Assembly: GCA_951406725.2 (NCBI GenBank)
Contig: OX597823.1
Span: forward strand, 71,796,001-71,860,000
Source: Octopus vulgaris
Taxonomy: Eukaryota
Direction of reading: 5' to 3'
DNA: 64,000 nucleotides
This document shows positions 42,582 to 55,491 of the stretch, piece by piece (position 1 is the first letter of the stretch; every line of letters begins with the position of its first letter). The notes beneath the pieces were generated by a model. That model did not search any database and was not told where the DNA came from. It was given only the letters and a program-made list of their open reading frames with translations. The position numbers were made by a program, and so were the translations under genes.

Positions 42582-43197
42582 ACACACACACAAACACACG
42601 AACAATGCCATTTATAATTTTATCGTATACTTTTGTATTATGGCTTAGTATTATTCTCCAATCATATTTCTGCTACGAAACACTGATAGATGTCCGAAGC
42701 GGGAGTCCAAAATAGACTGCGCAAGAAGCAGAATAAAAGTATTGTAGATTATGAGACACATATAGATAATTGCCGCGGTTCATGCTACACCAGCGGAAGT
42801 TGTTAACGGTATCATATTGGGCCATTTTCTTAGGTACGTCGATCTATTATTCGGTCGGTTCCCATCGGCGATGTCAGTTAATCATCGACAGTTTTATAAG
42901 CCTAATCTTCATTTCACCAACTTACATATTCCGTGAGGTTGAATAAGCTATATGCATGTTTGTCCGTATATGTATAAGTGTATGTCTATGTATGGTGTAT
43001 ATACGTAAGTGTGGACATGCATACGTGTCTATGTGTATCTGTTTGAATGTATGTACGTGTTTAAATGCGTTTATTTATGCATGCGTATATCGATGCATAT
43101 AAATGCCTCCATCTCTCTCTCTACCTATATACATACATACATACATACATACACACATACATACATACACACATACATACATACATACATACATACG

Positions 43198-43243
<46 letters not shown>

Positions 43244-43285
43244 CATATATACATACATACATATACGTACGTACGTATATACATA

Positions 43286-43330
<45 letters not shown>

Positions 43331-43368
43331 GTATATATATATACACACACATATATATATATACGTAC

Positions 43369-43439
<71 letters not shown>

Positions 43440-44300
43440 TATGTTTGTGTGTGTATATTTATGTGTGTAAGCATGTATCTAACTATGTGTGTTTCTGTAT
43501 TTAGCTTCTACTTGTGTTACTTCGTCTGAGTGTAAGTATGTAGCTACAAATACACATGTATGCAATAAAATATACGTATGTAAGCAATGCACATTTGAGC
43601 ATATGCATTATTACTTACAGTTATTTTAGTGATAATATGTATATTTCTGTTGAAACATCTATTTTCACTGTGACAAATGAATATATCTTAGCCATAAGCA
43701 TCCATACCCGCACGCTTATATATCGCTTTTTCTCCGCCATTGCTGCACAAATTGCTCAAATGCATATAAGTTAAATGTCAGATAACCGAGGTGTTGAATG
43801 ATTGAGCAGAACGCAATTTGAATTGAAATTTCCGTGGAAGCTTCTGGGCAATGAACGAAGAAAAAGATTTTTGGATAACCGTATCCTTTATAAGGTGCCT
43901 TGGGGGAATAAAAGATCGATGAGTTCTAGTGTGTGGAAGTGAATTTTTCTTCTTGAAACATTTAGTCTGGTTGAATACAATCTCTAAAATTCAAGGAGGC
44001 CAGAGGTAACCTCTGTTGGAAGGAGCAAATACTGAAAAAGTGAACATTTAGCTTTTGCGGTATGCTGCGAAATGAGTAAATATATTTTACTTTCAAGCAG
44101 TTCCAGTTAAAGATATTTGCTTTTAGTTTAAGAGATTAAAGGTCATATTTGACTCAATGTTCGCTTCATTCTTTATCTACATTTGATCCTCAACTTGAAT
44201 CTTTTCTGTACGACAGTCACTTCACTGAAAGAAATATTTTCTTTCGAGTGAAAAAGAATATATGTTTTAAGATTCAGTAAAGAAGTATTATCAAAGAGTA

Positions 44301-44771
44301 CCGTAAATCCTCGAGTATAATCCGCATTTCACCCCCAAATTTAAAGGTCAAAATCCCTAGTGCGTACTATATACGAGGTTAAAAACGAAAATTATTTTCT
44401 AAGCAATGTCCGAGTCTCTATTTGCTGTCCGGCAATGTTTATTCAGATGCATTTCGTGATGTCGGGCGCGAAAATACCTTAAATCATCCACAACTTGCAG
44501 TTAGCAACATTTATTAAACTGTTATTTCTTTATTTTCTGCAAACAAAATGCACCAAAAAGCAACACGTTTGCATTATGTTATATATACAATAATAATAAA
44601 GGAAGTTACCGTATACATTTATACAAACCAAGGACGTTATATAGAACTCCTTGACTCAAGTTAGAGAAGGGGTGCGTATTATACACAAGGTTTAGTTTTT
44701 TCAGAGGTACAGCTCCCTAAAAATACCCTGCGTATTATACTCAAGGGCGGAATATACTCGAGGATTTGCGG
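44301..44771. mobile_element. pogo/Tc2-like MITE, TA TSD
   Basis: TA|CCGTAAATCCTCGAGTATA...TATACTCGAGGATTTGCGG|TA, with subterminal TGCGTA(C/T)TATA repeats. Confidence 0.85.
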
Positions 44772-44836
44772 TATATGAAATTGAATTTTAAATTCTCATG
44801 GTTTCCCGTGCTCATCGATGCAGTGATACTTGTGTC

Positions 44837-44883
<47 letters not shown>

Positions 44884-45335
44884 GAGGAAGAGAGAGAGAG
44901 AGAGGGAGAGAGAGAGAGGAAGAGAGAGAGAGAGAGAGAGAGAGAGGAAGAGAGAGAAAAACAAATCGAGACGCGTTATTGTAAACCGTTACTTAATACG
45001 TTATGGTACCACGTTGAAAAAGAAGGAATATTTCTGTAATCTCGCCCCCCCTCATAATTATGTTTTCCATTTAGATATAGAAACCGAAAGATTGGAAGAG
45101 AAGGAACCAGTCATCTTCAGCTCTTTCCGAGAAATTTATCCGTGAAATTAAAACCTGGGTCACAAAGAACAATGGGCAATATTTTAAGAATTCTATATTA
45201 ATTCTATATTAAAAAAAAATAAAAAAAAAAGAAATCTTTTGTTGCGAAATCTTTTGTTGCGAAATCTTTTGTTGTTTCATTTATATTATCCTTTTTCATT
45301 GTGCGCATTTTATTGTTGTTGATGATTTTATTGCT

Positions 45336-45368
<33 letters not shown>

Positions 45369-46200
45369 GTCATCGTCGTCGTCGTCGTCGTCGTCATCGT
45401 TTTCGTCGTCGTTGTTGTTGTTGCTTTTGTTGTATTTAATGTCAAAGCGAAAGTTTCATTATGTTAAGAGCAAACATTGAAAGAAGCTACAATCCGATTT
45501 ACCAATTAAACCATAATCTGCCGCCATTTTGCTGCATACTAATGAAAACTGGATTAATAATAAAGGAGGGAAGTAAATAAAAAAATCAAAAAATCTATGC
45601 TCCCTCCGTTTTTTGCAATCACTTAGATTAGGAGGATAACAGAGCAAAAAAACAATATGGCTTAAAAAATGAGTGAATATATTCGACGGGGGTTTTGTTC
45701 TGGCTTCTTTTCCTGTGTGGTCAGTCTCCAAATAAAGTAAAACGAAAATTACGCTAAGATGGAATAATAACTAAATTTAAACAATTCGTGGATCAGATAG
45801 AAACTGAAGGAGTTTAACTGGAGGAAGTATAATAATTCTATTTTGTCATATGAAATGGGAAGTCTAAGAGATTTTGTGGTCATTGAGAATTGAAACTGGT
45901 ATTATGAATTTCCGGCTCGATATCTTGCAACCGATTTGCAATATCCTTGAGGTTATTGAGATGTCACTTTTTAGGTAGACTCATATACTGATCCTAAATC
46001 TTTAGTTGCCCTTTTTACATGCTGCTTTTGAAAACCCATGAATTTTCTAACTCTATGAGTTTCATATTTTTCCCAACCGAAGTCTGTACCATTAATCTTG
46101 GGGTGGGGAAACTTTTTTTTAGTGCGGCGGGCAAAATTTTTCAAAGAAAAAGGTCTGCAGGCTGATCATAAGTTCTCATTTTTATATCTGTGTAAATCTC

Positions 46201-46550
46201 TCTATATATAAAGCTGAAGTTGTCTGTGTATGGCAGATTTGGTAGCCTTCAACTAACACTATCTCCTCCGAGACCCTGCGGTGCAAGTTGACCAAAATTG
46301 AGAGTATGATAGAAGAAGGATTGCTCTTCAGATCGGACCATGTTAACACCAAAAATTATTAACATCAAAAAGGTGCATTTTTTTCTATGAAAATCTCTAT
46401 TTTTTACGATATTTTGACTGCTGTGTCGCCATTTTTCGGTGTATTTCAACCAGAAAAATGTTCACTTAAAGATAATAAGAAGCTACTTTTCAAAAATTCC
46501 AATTCTAAAGGGTCGAAACAAACCCGAGCAACCCCGGGGGATACTGCTAG
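46201..46550 (+). mobile_element. Non-autonomous Helitron
   Basis: 5' TCTATATATAAAG; 3' GC hairpin CCCGAGCAACCCCGGG then CTGCTAG|T. Same 3' end as 48883-49277. Confidence 0.75.
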
Positions 46551-47288
46551 TCGTGTATATATCTGTATAATTCGATATACATTAATAAAGATAAGTTTAA
46601 CACACTAAATTAACGCGTAACATCTTCATCAACGCCGCCACTGAATTTAGGACGTTTATATTACCTATGATATGTTCTATATTTTTCAGCTAGAGTGTAG
46701 TTGGATCTCAAGGGGTGGTACAAATCTAGCAATATGTGTTTTATAGTAATAAGAAAGTTTCCAATTAAATGGCAATTACTGGACGATTTCTGTTCGAGTG
46801 TAACCGTTTTAAGTCGTAGTGGAAAGGCGGCAGGCGACCTATGTCACAAATAGGCATACGAATATTGTATAAATTTTATAATTGAAAAGTTTACTACATT
46901 TTGTACGTACGAGTATACCAGCCTGCGAGCGTAACTGCGCCCGCGGGCGGGGGTTTCCCCACGCCTGCACTAATCATATGCATTGCATTATATTTCTCAC
47001 AACAAAGGAAGGTATTTCTCTCATGGACTATTTCGACAGACGAGTCTTATGAAGACGACACTTGATACATTTCCCCATAGTATCTTCAATTAGTTTATTA
47101 ACTTGTCTCAGCATTCAAGAGGAATGAGATAAAGGGGGGTAGGGAGAGAGAAATAGAGAGGGGAAGAGGGAGATGGAGAGAGATAGGAAAAGAGAGGAAG
47201 GTTGACGGAGAAGGTGAGATAGAGGGAGTAGAGAGATGGAGACAGAGGATGAGAGAGAATGAGAGTGAGAGTGATGTGTTTGTTTGTT

Positions 47289-47361
<73 letters not shown>

Positions 47362-48092
47362 ATAAACAAGAATGAGACTAGGGGAGAAAATAAGGGATTA
47401 AAAGACAATAATGAAACCATTTAGTCGGAAGACAGAAACGAATTGTAAAACCAGGTCGAAGATGATTCAGAGAGGAGTATTTGCAGAAAAGAAAGAAACA
47501 GAAAGAAACAAAGAAGAAACAAACAAAATAAGGAAGAGAGAGAACAGAGAAGATAAAACCCACCAACCAGGTATGAGAGAGATCGGGAAAATTTAGAATA
47601 AAAATCTAAAGAAAAGCAACAAAAATAAATGTACGTTCTTCACACTAACTTTATCAACAGTTTCATTCATACGTTTGCCAATCTTTAAAACACTACTAAT
47701 TCTCCAGATAAACACTTTCTTACTTTATGACACCTCGCAGCTGCATGTTCCGTAATCGCTAATATGTACAATAGCGCCCTTTTAAAAGCCTAGCCAGGCT
47801 CATGGGCCCGGTTTCCCGGTTTCTATGTCGTATGTGTTCCCCAGCTGGATAGGACGCCAGTCCATCGCAGCGTTACTCATTTTTTGCCAGCTGAGTGGAC
47901 TGGAGCAGCGTGAAATGAAGTGTTTTGCTCAAGAACACAACGCGTCACCCAGTCCAGGAATCGAAACCACAATCTTACGATCATGATGCTGACACCCTAA
48001 CCAGTAAGCCACGCGCCTGCACACTCTTTTCTATACTAAACATTATAAACATTACTGTCCCTTATTTTGCGGACTAACCTCTATAATTTCTT

Positions 48093-48857
48093 ATTACCTC
48101 CGCCAAGGAAGGAGGTTATGTTTCCATTGTCGTTGGTTTGTCCGTCTGTCCGTCAGTGTGCAAAATAACTCAAAAAGTCGTGAACGGTATTTGATAAAAC
48201 TTCCAGGAAAAGTTGGTAATGACACAAGAAACAGATGATTAAATTTTGGTAGTGATCCGGGAATTTTTATGGATTTTTGAAGGAATTTTCATTTGTTATA
48301 TTTACTTTACAATGCTACGTTCTTTGATTATCTCTCTTTAAAACGCATCGTTTCCACGTAACCTATGGTGGCGTTGCTGTTTAGAGACAGTGTTAATGAT
48401 GACGATGGTCGAGGTATGTATAGGTGGAGGATAAAATAGTATCGGTGGTTATAATGGCGACAGGAACGGTGTGATGTGTGATGCTGAGGTGAGGGTGGTA
48501 ATAGTGGTGCTGATGATAGTGTTAGTTGTGTAATGGTGGTATTGCAGTGGTTATACTGGTTGTGGTGGTGAAAGTGACTGTTAACATTGATGGCAGTGTA
48601 TGTGGTTGAAGTGGAAGCAATGACAATGTTGCTGATGATGTTGGTGGTTGTGAACTGCTTCACATGATTCCTGTTTTTAAAGGTTTTTTTTTGTCTTAAA
48701 ATCATATGGCTGTGTTTTTCATTTTTTTACCCCCGCCAAGGAGGTTATGTTTTTGCCGGTGTTGGTTTGGGAAATTGGGCAATTTTCAGCATGCGTGTAT
48801 ATGGGTGGAAATGAGTTACTTGGCGGAGGTCTGCGCTCTCCCAGTGCTTTTCTAGTT
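48093..48857 (+). mobile_element. Helentron-associated (HINE/DINE-1-like) element
   Basis: Subterminal inverted repeats ACCTCCGCCAAG / CTTGGCGGAGGT. Internal repeat of the 5' end at about 48727. GTCY-like tract, and a 3' hairpin GCGCT..AGTGC before TTCTAGTT. Confidence 0.75.
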
Positions 48858-48882
48858 ATGTATACTAACGCTTTATATTACA

Positions 48883-49277
48883 CTAGCAGTATCGCCCGGC
48901 GTTGCTCGGATTTGTAAGGGAAATAACTATATAAGCATTTTTAGAGATGTAAAGTATAAGAGCCATCTCAATATGGCTTACCACAAAGGGGGGGTTTGTT
49001 ACTGTAGCTTTTTACGTTCTGAGATTTAATAATAAATTTTTAGAGAGTTACTTCCCTTATATATGCCAAAAATGCATTAAAATGGGAAAAATTGATGGTA
49101 ATTTTTTTTAAATCGTAGACTCATCGTAGATGCGCGCTAATACCCAGAAAGGCTCGATATGAATCACGACTATAAGATACCCGGTTTTGGTTAAACTGCA
49201 CCGCAAAATGTGGGAGTAGTTAGGAATCTAAATCGTAGGAGACAGACAGCACACAACCTCACTTTTATATATAAAGA
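48883..49277 (-). mobile_element. Non-autonomous Helitron
   Basis: Minus strand A|TCTTTATATATAAAAG...CCGAGCAACGCCGGGCGATACTGCTAG|T: TC..CTAG termini, subterminal hairpin, AT target. Confidence 0.85.
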
Positions 49278-49542
49278 TTGTCTAAAGTTGCAATCACAGT
49301 ATTAATTGTAGTAAGAATAACGAAACCACTTAAACTATTCCGTTTCCCTATTGTTTCACGCAAGCAATTATAGGGAAATGAATTGTGGGAAACATTTTAC
49401 CAGGCTCGATGATTTATAGTATTTAGTTCTGTTTCTGTGTGCGTGCGTGTGTATGTGTGTGTACATACAGACGTATATATGTGTGTGTGTGTGTGTGTAT
49501 TTATACACTCACCCCCCCACACACATTATATATATATACATG

Positions 49543-49582
<40 letters not shown>

Positions 49583-50863
49583 CCTCTGCGTATGATTTCA
49601 GATCCTACGTAACTGACTTCGCTTTTCATTCCCGAGGGGTGATAAGATGATTACTAGTCCTATATTAAGAACGATGCATTGGATTAAATTCGTCTTCATC
49701 ACATAAAAACGCGTTAATCTAAGAAATTATCTCAGCATCATTAAACACGACCATGCCTTCTGATGTTAATCTTAGTTGGATTTCTTAAATCTTTACCACA
49801 TTGGAAATAAGAGGACGTATTAACTGTATATAAGTTTTCTGCAAAATTGGCTTCATAATTTAATTTAATTTAATTTTGTTTGATTATGTTTTGCTTGTAG
49901 TGAGAATATAAATCGTAGTTATGTAATATCGCACTACTGTATGTTAGATGTTATGATTATAAGATCTCCCTTACTACACTGTCAAAAAAATTATGCAAAA
50001 CTTTGAGATCTTAATGTCTGGCGTTTCTTTATATTATACCTTCTGTTTTCTTTTAATGTTTGCATGTATATAGGGCGGCGAGCTGGTAGAAACGTTAGTA
50101 CGCCGAGCGAAATGCGCAGCCGTATTTAGTCTTTGAGTTAAAATTCCGCCGAGGTCAACTTTGCCTTTCATCCTTCCGGGGTCGATTAAATAAGTACCAG
50201 TTACGCACTGAGGTCGATATAATCGACTTAATCCGTTTGTCTGTCCTTGTTAGTCCTCTCTGTGTTTAGCCCCTTATGGGTAGTAAAGAAATAGGTATTT
50301 TGTCGGCCGTTACGTTCTGAGTTCAAATTCCGCCGAAATCGACTTTGCCTTTCATCCTTTCATCTAGTTACGCACTGGGGTCGATATAATCGACTTAATC
50401 CATTTGTCTGTCCTTGTTTGTCCCCTCTGTGTGTAGTCCCTTGTGGGCAGTAAAGAAATAAGAAACTTCAGCTCGTCAGGTGAAATGCTTAGCGGTATTT
50501 CGTCTGTCTTTACGACCCCGAAAGGATGAAAGGCAAAGTCGACCTCGGCGGAATTTGAACTCAGAACGTAACGGCAGACGAAATACGGCTACGCATTTCG
50601 CCCGGCGTGCTAACGTTTCTGCCAGCTCGTCGCCTTATAAATCTTGATATACTGTCATTAAAATACATGCGTTACGGCTGGAACTCAATGGAATCGTTCA
50701 AACGAATTCTTGTGACAATCGACCTCAGCTGAACAAGAACAAGACTACAACAACTACAGCAACAAAAGAAATAGTAAAGGCTATCAACATTTGAGAAATT
50801 ATACAAGTAAATGAGATCCTAAAACAAGAAAAAAAAAAAATTATGTTTGTTGGAAATACTTAC

Positions 50864-50914
50864 CAAGTCTTTATCTCATCTTCCGAATATTCAACTCTGG
50901 GAATACTCTTGTTA
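50864..50914 (-). CDS. TH: TH-like exon (51 nt): (H)NKSIPRVEYSEDEIKT(W)
   Basis: ttgtag|T AAC AAG AGT ATT CCC AGA GTT GAA TAT...AAG ACT TG|gtaagt. Matches GDPIPRVEYTAEEIATW. Phase 2 to 2. Confidence 0.95.
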
Positions 50915-50950
50915 CTACAAATTAGAAAATAAAAATAAGGCATATGATTT

Positions 50951-51416
50951 TTATCTACACACGCGCGCTCCACACACAGACGCAGGCACACACACACACG
51001 CACACACACACACATGCAGGCACACGCACACACACAGACGCAGGCACACACACAGAGACGCAGGCACACACACACACACAGACGCAGGTACACACACACA
51101 GACGCAGGCACACACACACACACGCATACACACACACAGACGCAGGCACTCACACACATACAGACGCAGGAACACACACACACAGACGCAGGCACACACA
51201 CACACACACGCACACACACACACACACAGACGCAGGCACACACACACACACAGACGCAGGCACACACGCACACACAGACACACGCACACGCACATACAAA
51301 GACGCAGGCGCACACACACACACACACACAGACGCAGGCACATAAACACTACGCAGGGAAACGCACGCACAGACGCAGTCACACACACACACAGACGCAG
51401 GCACACACACACACAC
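50951..51416. repeat. Minisatellite ACAGACGCAGGC(AC)n
   Basis: Many tandem GACGCAGG cores separated by variable AC runs. Confidence 0.95.
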
Positions 51417-52278
51417 ATCTCTTTTGTATTTTAGTTGTTTCAGTCATTGCACTGCAGCCATGCTGGAGCACCGCATTGACAAATTTTAGTCGAACGAATC
51501 AACACCAGCACTTACTTTTTAAAGCCCGATACTTATTTCATTAGTCCTTTGCCGAACCGCTATGTTACGAGGACATAAACAAACCTATACAGGTTATCAA
51601 GCGGTACTGTTGGACGACACAGACACAAAGATGCACGCACATATTCACCCACATACGACGCACACACATACGACGGGATTCTTTCGGTTTCCATCGACCT
51701 AATTCACTCACAGGGAATTGGTCAGCCCGAGGCTATAGCAGAACACATTTTGACATGTGATTGGGAAGCAGACTTCTTTCAACATCGTATCCTTATATAT
51801 ATATATATGTAGATGTGTATCTGTGTGTGTGCGTGTATGTGTGCGTGTGTGTAAGTGTGCTTGTGTGCATGTGTGTGTGCGTAGCTTTTTATACAAATTC
51901 AATATAATCCAAAAATTTGTTCAAGCAACAGGTAAGCTTCTGGTTAGCCGAGTCACAATGAAGTCAAAAGTTACAAATTTTAAAAACTCAATATGCCATT
52001 GCCATCTTAAATGTAGTTTGCTACTCAGCCATTTCTTTGTCAGCGACTGTTCCAAGTTGGTGCTTAATTGAAATTTTAAATAAATTCTTGCAATAATTCT
52101 GGAACCGATTTCTTATATATCACATCATGCAGGAAAGGTTACAGCGGCCAGTGTTTTAAGCAGTCCGACTTCTATCACCAAAAGAAGAATCACTGTATTT
52201 GTGAAGCATAAATAAACAACAGGACCACAAGAAATTAAAAAAGAAAAAGGTATGTAAAGAAGCCAATGTTTCTCTTAC

Positions 52279-52346
52279 TGCCTGTATGTGAATGCCATGT
52301 CTGCAATGAGCTTCCTTCTTCTTCTGTATTCTTTGTCAGTGAAACC
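52279..52346 (-). CDS. TH: TH-like exon (68 nt): GFTDKEYRRRRKLIADMAFTYR(H)
   Basis: ttttcag|GGT TTC ACT GAC...TAC AGG CA|gtaaga. Matches the hydroxylase motif GFxDxxYRxRRKxIAxIAFxY. Phase 0 to 2. Confidence 0.95.
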
Positions 52347-52389
52347 CTGAAAAAAAAATTTGTAGATTATTTTAGATGCTACAGATGAG

Positions 52390-52482
<93 letters not shown>

Positions 52483-52896
52483 TTATCTTATCTGTCTGTC
52501 TGTCTGTCTATCTGAATATTCCCCTTCTTCAGTTGTCCCTGTTTCAATTGCTCCAATTCCGAAGGCAATGACAAGATGCGACTTCGTTGAAACAGTTCTT
52601 CCCGCCAAGCAAATTAAATAAAATTTGGGATTTTTTGCGGAGGGTGAAAGTGGTAACAAGAACAGGACAGTGAGAAGGGGAATATTCTTTATGTTGAATG
52701 TTTCGTTTCTCTGTTTGTTTGTTTTTTCGTTGTTCGAAAAAAAGTTCGTTTCTATGGTTTTGTTTTTGTTTTCGTTTCTCATTGTGTTCAACGTTTTTTT
52801 GATGTCCTGTACGCATATATGTATGTATATATACATATATATATATATATAGGTATGTACATATATGTATGCGTATATGTATATATTTATATATTA

Positions 52897-52941
<45 letters not shown>

Positions 52942-52942
52942 A

Positions 52943-53058
52943 GGAAGAATTCATAAAAGCAAATGACGAACACAGGTGGTGTAGACAACAAACAGATGTA
53001 TTAGTTTAACGCTCGGGATGTGAAAAAGTCTTTAACGTTTTGAGCCTACGCTCTTCCG
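52943..53058 (-). mobile_element. Truncated copy of the 55491-55668 PLE-like element
   Basis: Reverse complement reads GAAGAGCGTAGGCTCAAAACGTTAAAGACTTTTTC...ATACATCTGTTTGTTG..CACCTGT, matching 55551-55660. Confidence 0.65.
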
Positions 53059-54485
53059 TGCTTGTGTGCATAAATATGCATACACATACATGCATATTTA
53101 TTTAAAGGTATTGTTGTGGGGATAATAGTAATAATGCTACACCCCTCCAACATGACGAGTGGTACTTGCTAGTCACTATAAATATGGTGACGTCGGTCAG
53201 TATAGGGAGAAAGTACGAAGCAGACGGTAATAGGCAGTCGTGGTCTTTAATGGTCATACTAACTATATTGCTGTGGAGGCGCGTGGTTTAGTGGTTAAGG
53301 TGTCAGCATCATGATCGTAAGATTGTGGCTTCGATTCCTGGACCGGGCGACGCGTTGTGCTCTTGAGCAAAACACTTTATTTCACGTTGCTCCAGTCCAC
53401 TCAGCTGGCAAAAATGAGTAATGCTGCGATGGACTGGCGTCCCGTTCAGCTGGAGAACATATAGACCATAGAAACCGGGAAAACGGGACCAAGAGTCTGG
53501 CTATGTTTTAAAAGGGCGCATTTATTATATTATTTAACTATATTGCTATACTGGAGTGGGCGTTATAATAATCCGACATTAAGGATTACAACAGGTGTGT
53601 GTGTGTGTGAGTATGTGTATGCATGTATGTATGTATCTATGTATATATGTATGTATGCATGCATATATGAATGTATATATGTACATAGGTAAGTAGGTAG
53701 GAATATACTTTTCTTTCTAACTATCTAACGATCAATAAAAGAAAAGAAAAAAAGATTGTTAGAAATGTCAAAGACATTGTGGTTTCGTAAGCTCTCATTG
53801 CGTGACAAATACTTACATCTTGTTTTCAGCATTTCCTTTGTCATAATTAGCATTAAACACACACACACACATACAACAAACACACACCACACCACACCAC
53901 ACACACACACACATGTATACTCGCACGTAGATAGGTCAGACAAGAAATAGGTAGATGTGGTTCTGGCTCGAATGAGCGCCAATATGTTCACCAAACAACC
54001 GGTTGATGTTTTAGGTCTATCACTCCAATTACATGGCATACTTGTCTCTGTATATATTCTCATAGAGCTTTACATAACTGTCATTTGAATGAGTGATTAT
54101 GCCGAATTCCTTTGTAGACTACTATTCTAGCAGCCCACAAAGAAATGTACCTCACAAGATATTTTGTAATTAGCATAAATCATTGATATACACAAAAGTA
54201 TCAATAAATGAATATTAATATATGATAATGAAACCGTGTATAGGAATATATCTTACTTTAGGCGAGAGAACTTCCATGAAATTCAGTACAAGTAAACAGT
54301 TGTAAGGAGTAAGAGGTAAGTAATTGGGAACATTGATGATATAAAAATGTCAGTGCAATAAATAATTAAGACAATTAAGATATCTAAGATGATATACTTA
54401 AGCTTGTTGTCCAAATTTACCAGCAATCTATTTTCACTTAGAAATAACATTTTGATTACAGGTCTGTAATATATATATATATATA

Positions 54486-55454
54486 TAGGGTCACTCCTAA
54501 ATTGTTATATTTATATATTTAGTCGTTGACTATTTTCTCTTTTCCACTAGGCCGCTGGTAGCGATAAATTTCTATTGAAATTTTTTTGCTACCCTAAATT
54601 GACTAATTGATAATTTTCTGAATAATTCTGAGATTGAATCGGTAGTTTATATTTACTGCTGATAAGTTTGGCGCGAATGCGTCAGTCTTGAAAATTTTAA
54701 GACAGATATTCCGTAGGCATCGATACAGACGCCTCGTGTATATTTGTCTCTCCCAGGTTTTTTACTGATGAAGTGTAACCTATGGTAGATTAGCTTAATG
54801 TAATTTAATTAAGCTAATTTAATCATTAATGACACAGAAACGATGCATCGTCTAAAAGATGAATTAGGGTAAATGTTTTTAAATTTTCACCTAATTTCTG
54901 AATTACTACTACTTGGCGGTGTGAGTTATGGCTGCTCTTTCTGGTGGACGAATGACCTGTTAGGGTCACTCCTAAATTGTTATATTTATATATTTAGTCG
55001 TTGACTATTTTCTCTTTTCCACTAGGCCGCTGGTAGCGATAAATTTCTATTGAAATTTTTTTGCTACCCTAAATTGACTAATTGATAATTTTCTGAATAA
55101 TTCTGAGATTGAATCGGCAGTTTATATTTACTGCTGATAAGTTTGGCGCGAATGCGTCAGTCTTGAAAATTTTAAGACAGATATTCCGTAGGCATCGATA
55201 CAGACGCCTCGTGTATATTTGTCTCTCCCAGGTTTTTTACTGATGAAGTGTAACCTATGGTAGATTAGCTTAATGTAATTTAATTAAGCTAATTTAATCA
55301 TTAATGACACAGCAACGATGCATCGTCTAAAAGATGAATTAGGGTAAATGTTTTTAAATTTTCACCTAATTTCTGAATTACTACTACTTGGCGGTGTGAG
55401 TTATGGCTGCTCTTTCTGGTGGACGAATGACCTGTTAGGGTCACTCCTAAATTG

Positions 55455-55460
<6 letters not shown>
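54486..55460 (+). mobile_element. 475-bp tandem repeat (2 units plus 25-bp terminal redundancy) with one hammerhead fold per unit; retrozyme / Penelope pLTR-like
   Basis: Units start TAGGGTCACTCC at 54486, 54961 and 55436 (period 475). By eye the units differ at 54643/55118 and 54838/55313. Flanked on both sides by (TA)n; non-coding and hairpin-rich. Confidence 0.8.
54757..54860 (+). ncRNA. Type I hammerhead ribozyme fold (unit 1); the unit-2 copy at about 55232-55335 has GAAA>GCAA
   Basis: Stem I UUUUUUA(54758-64)/UAAAAGA(54853-59). CUGAUGA at 54765-71. Long stem II (GUGU/ACAC enclosing AGAUUAGCUUAAU/AUUAAGCUAAUUU). GAAA at 54837-40. Palindromic stem III ACGAU-GC-AUCGU. GUC triplet at 54850-52. 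Confidence 0.75.

Positions 55461-55490
<30 letters not shown>

Positions 55491-55491
<1 letters not shown>

Noticed and set aside
50951-51416. Regularly spaced GACGCAGG repeats as a CRISPR-like array
   Set aside because: The spacers are just AC runs, the context is eukaryotic, and there are no cas genes.
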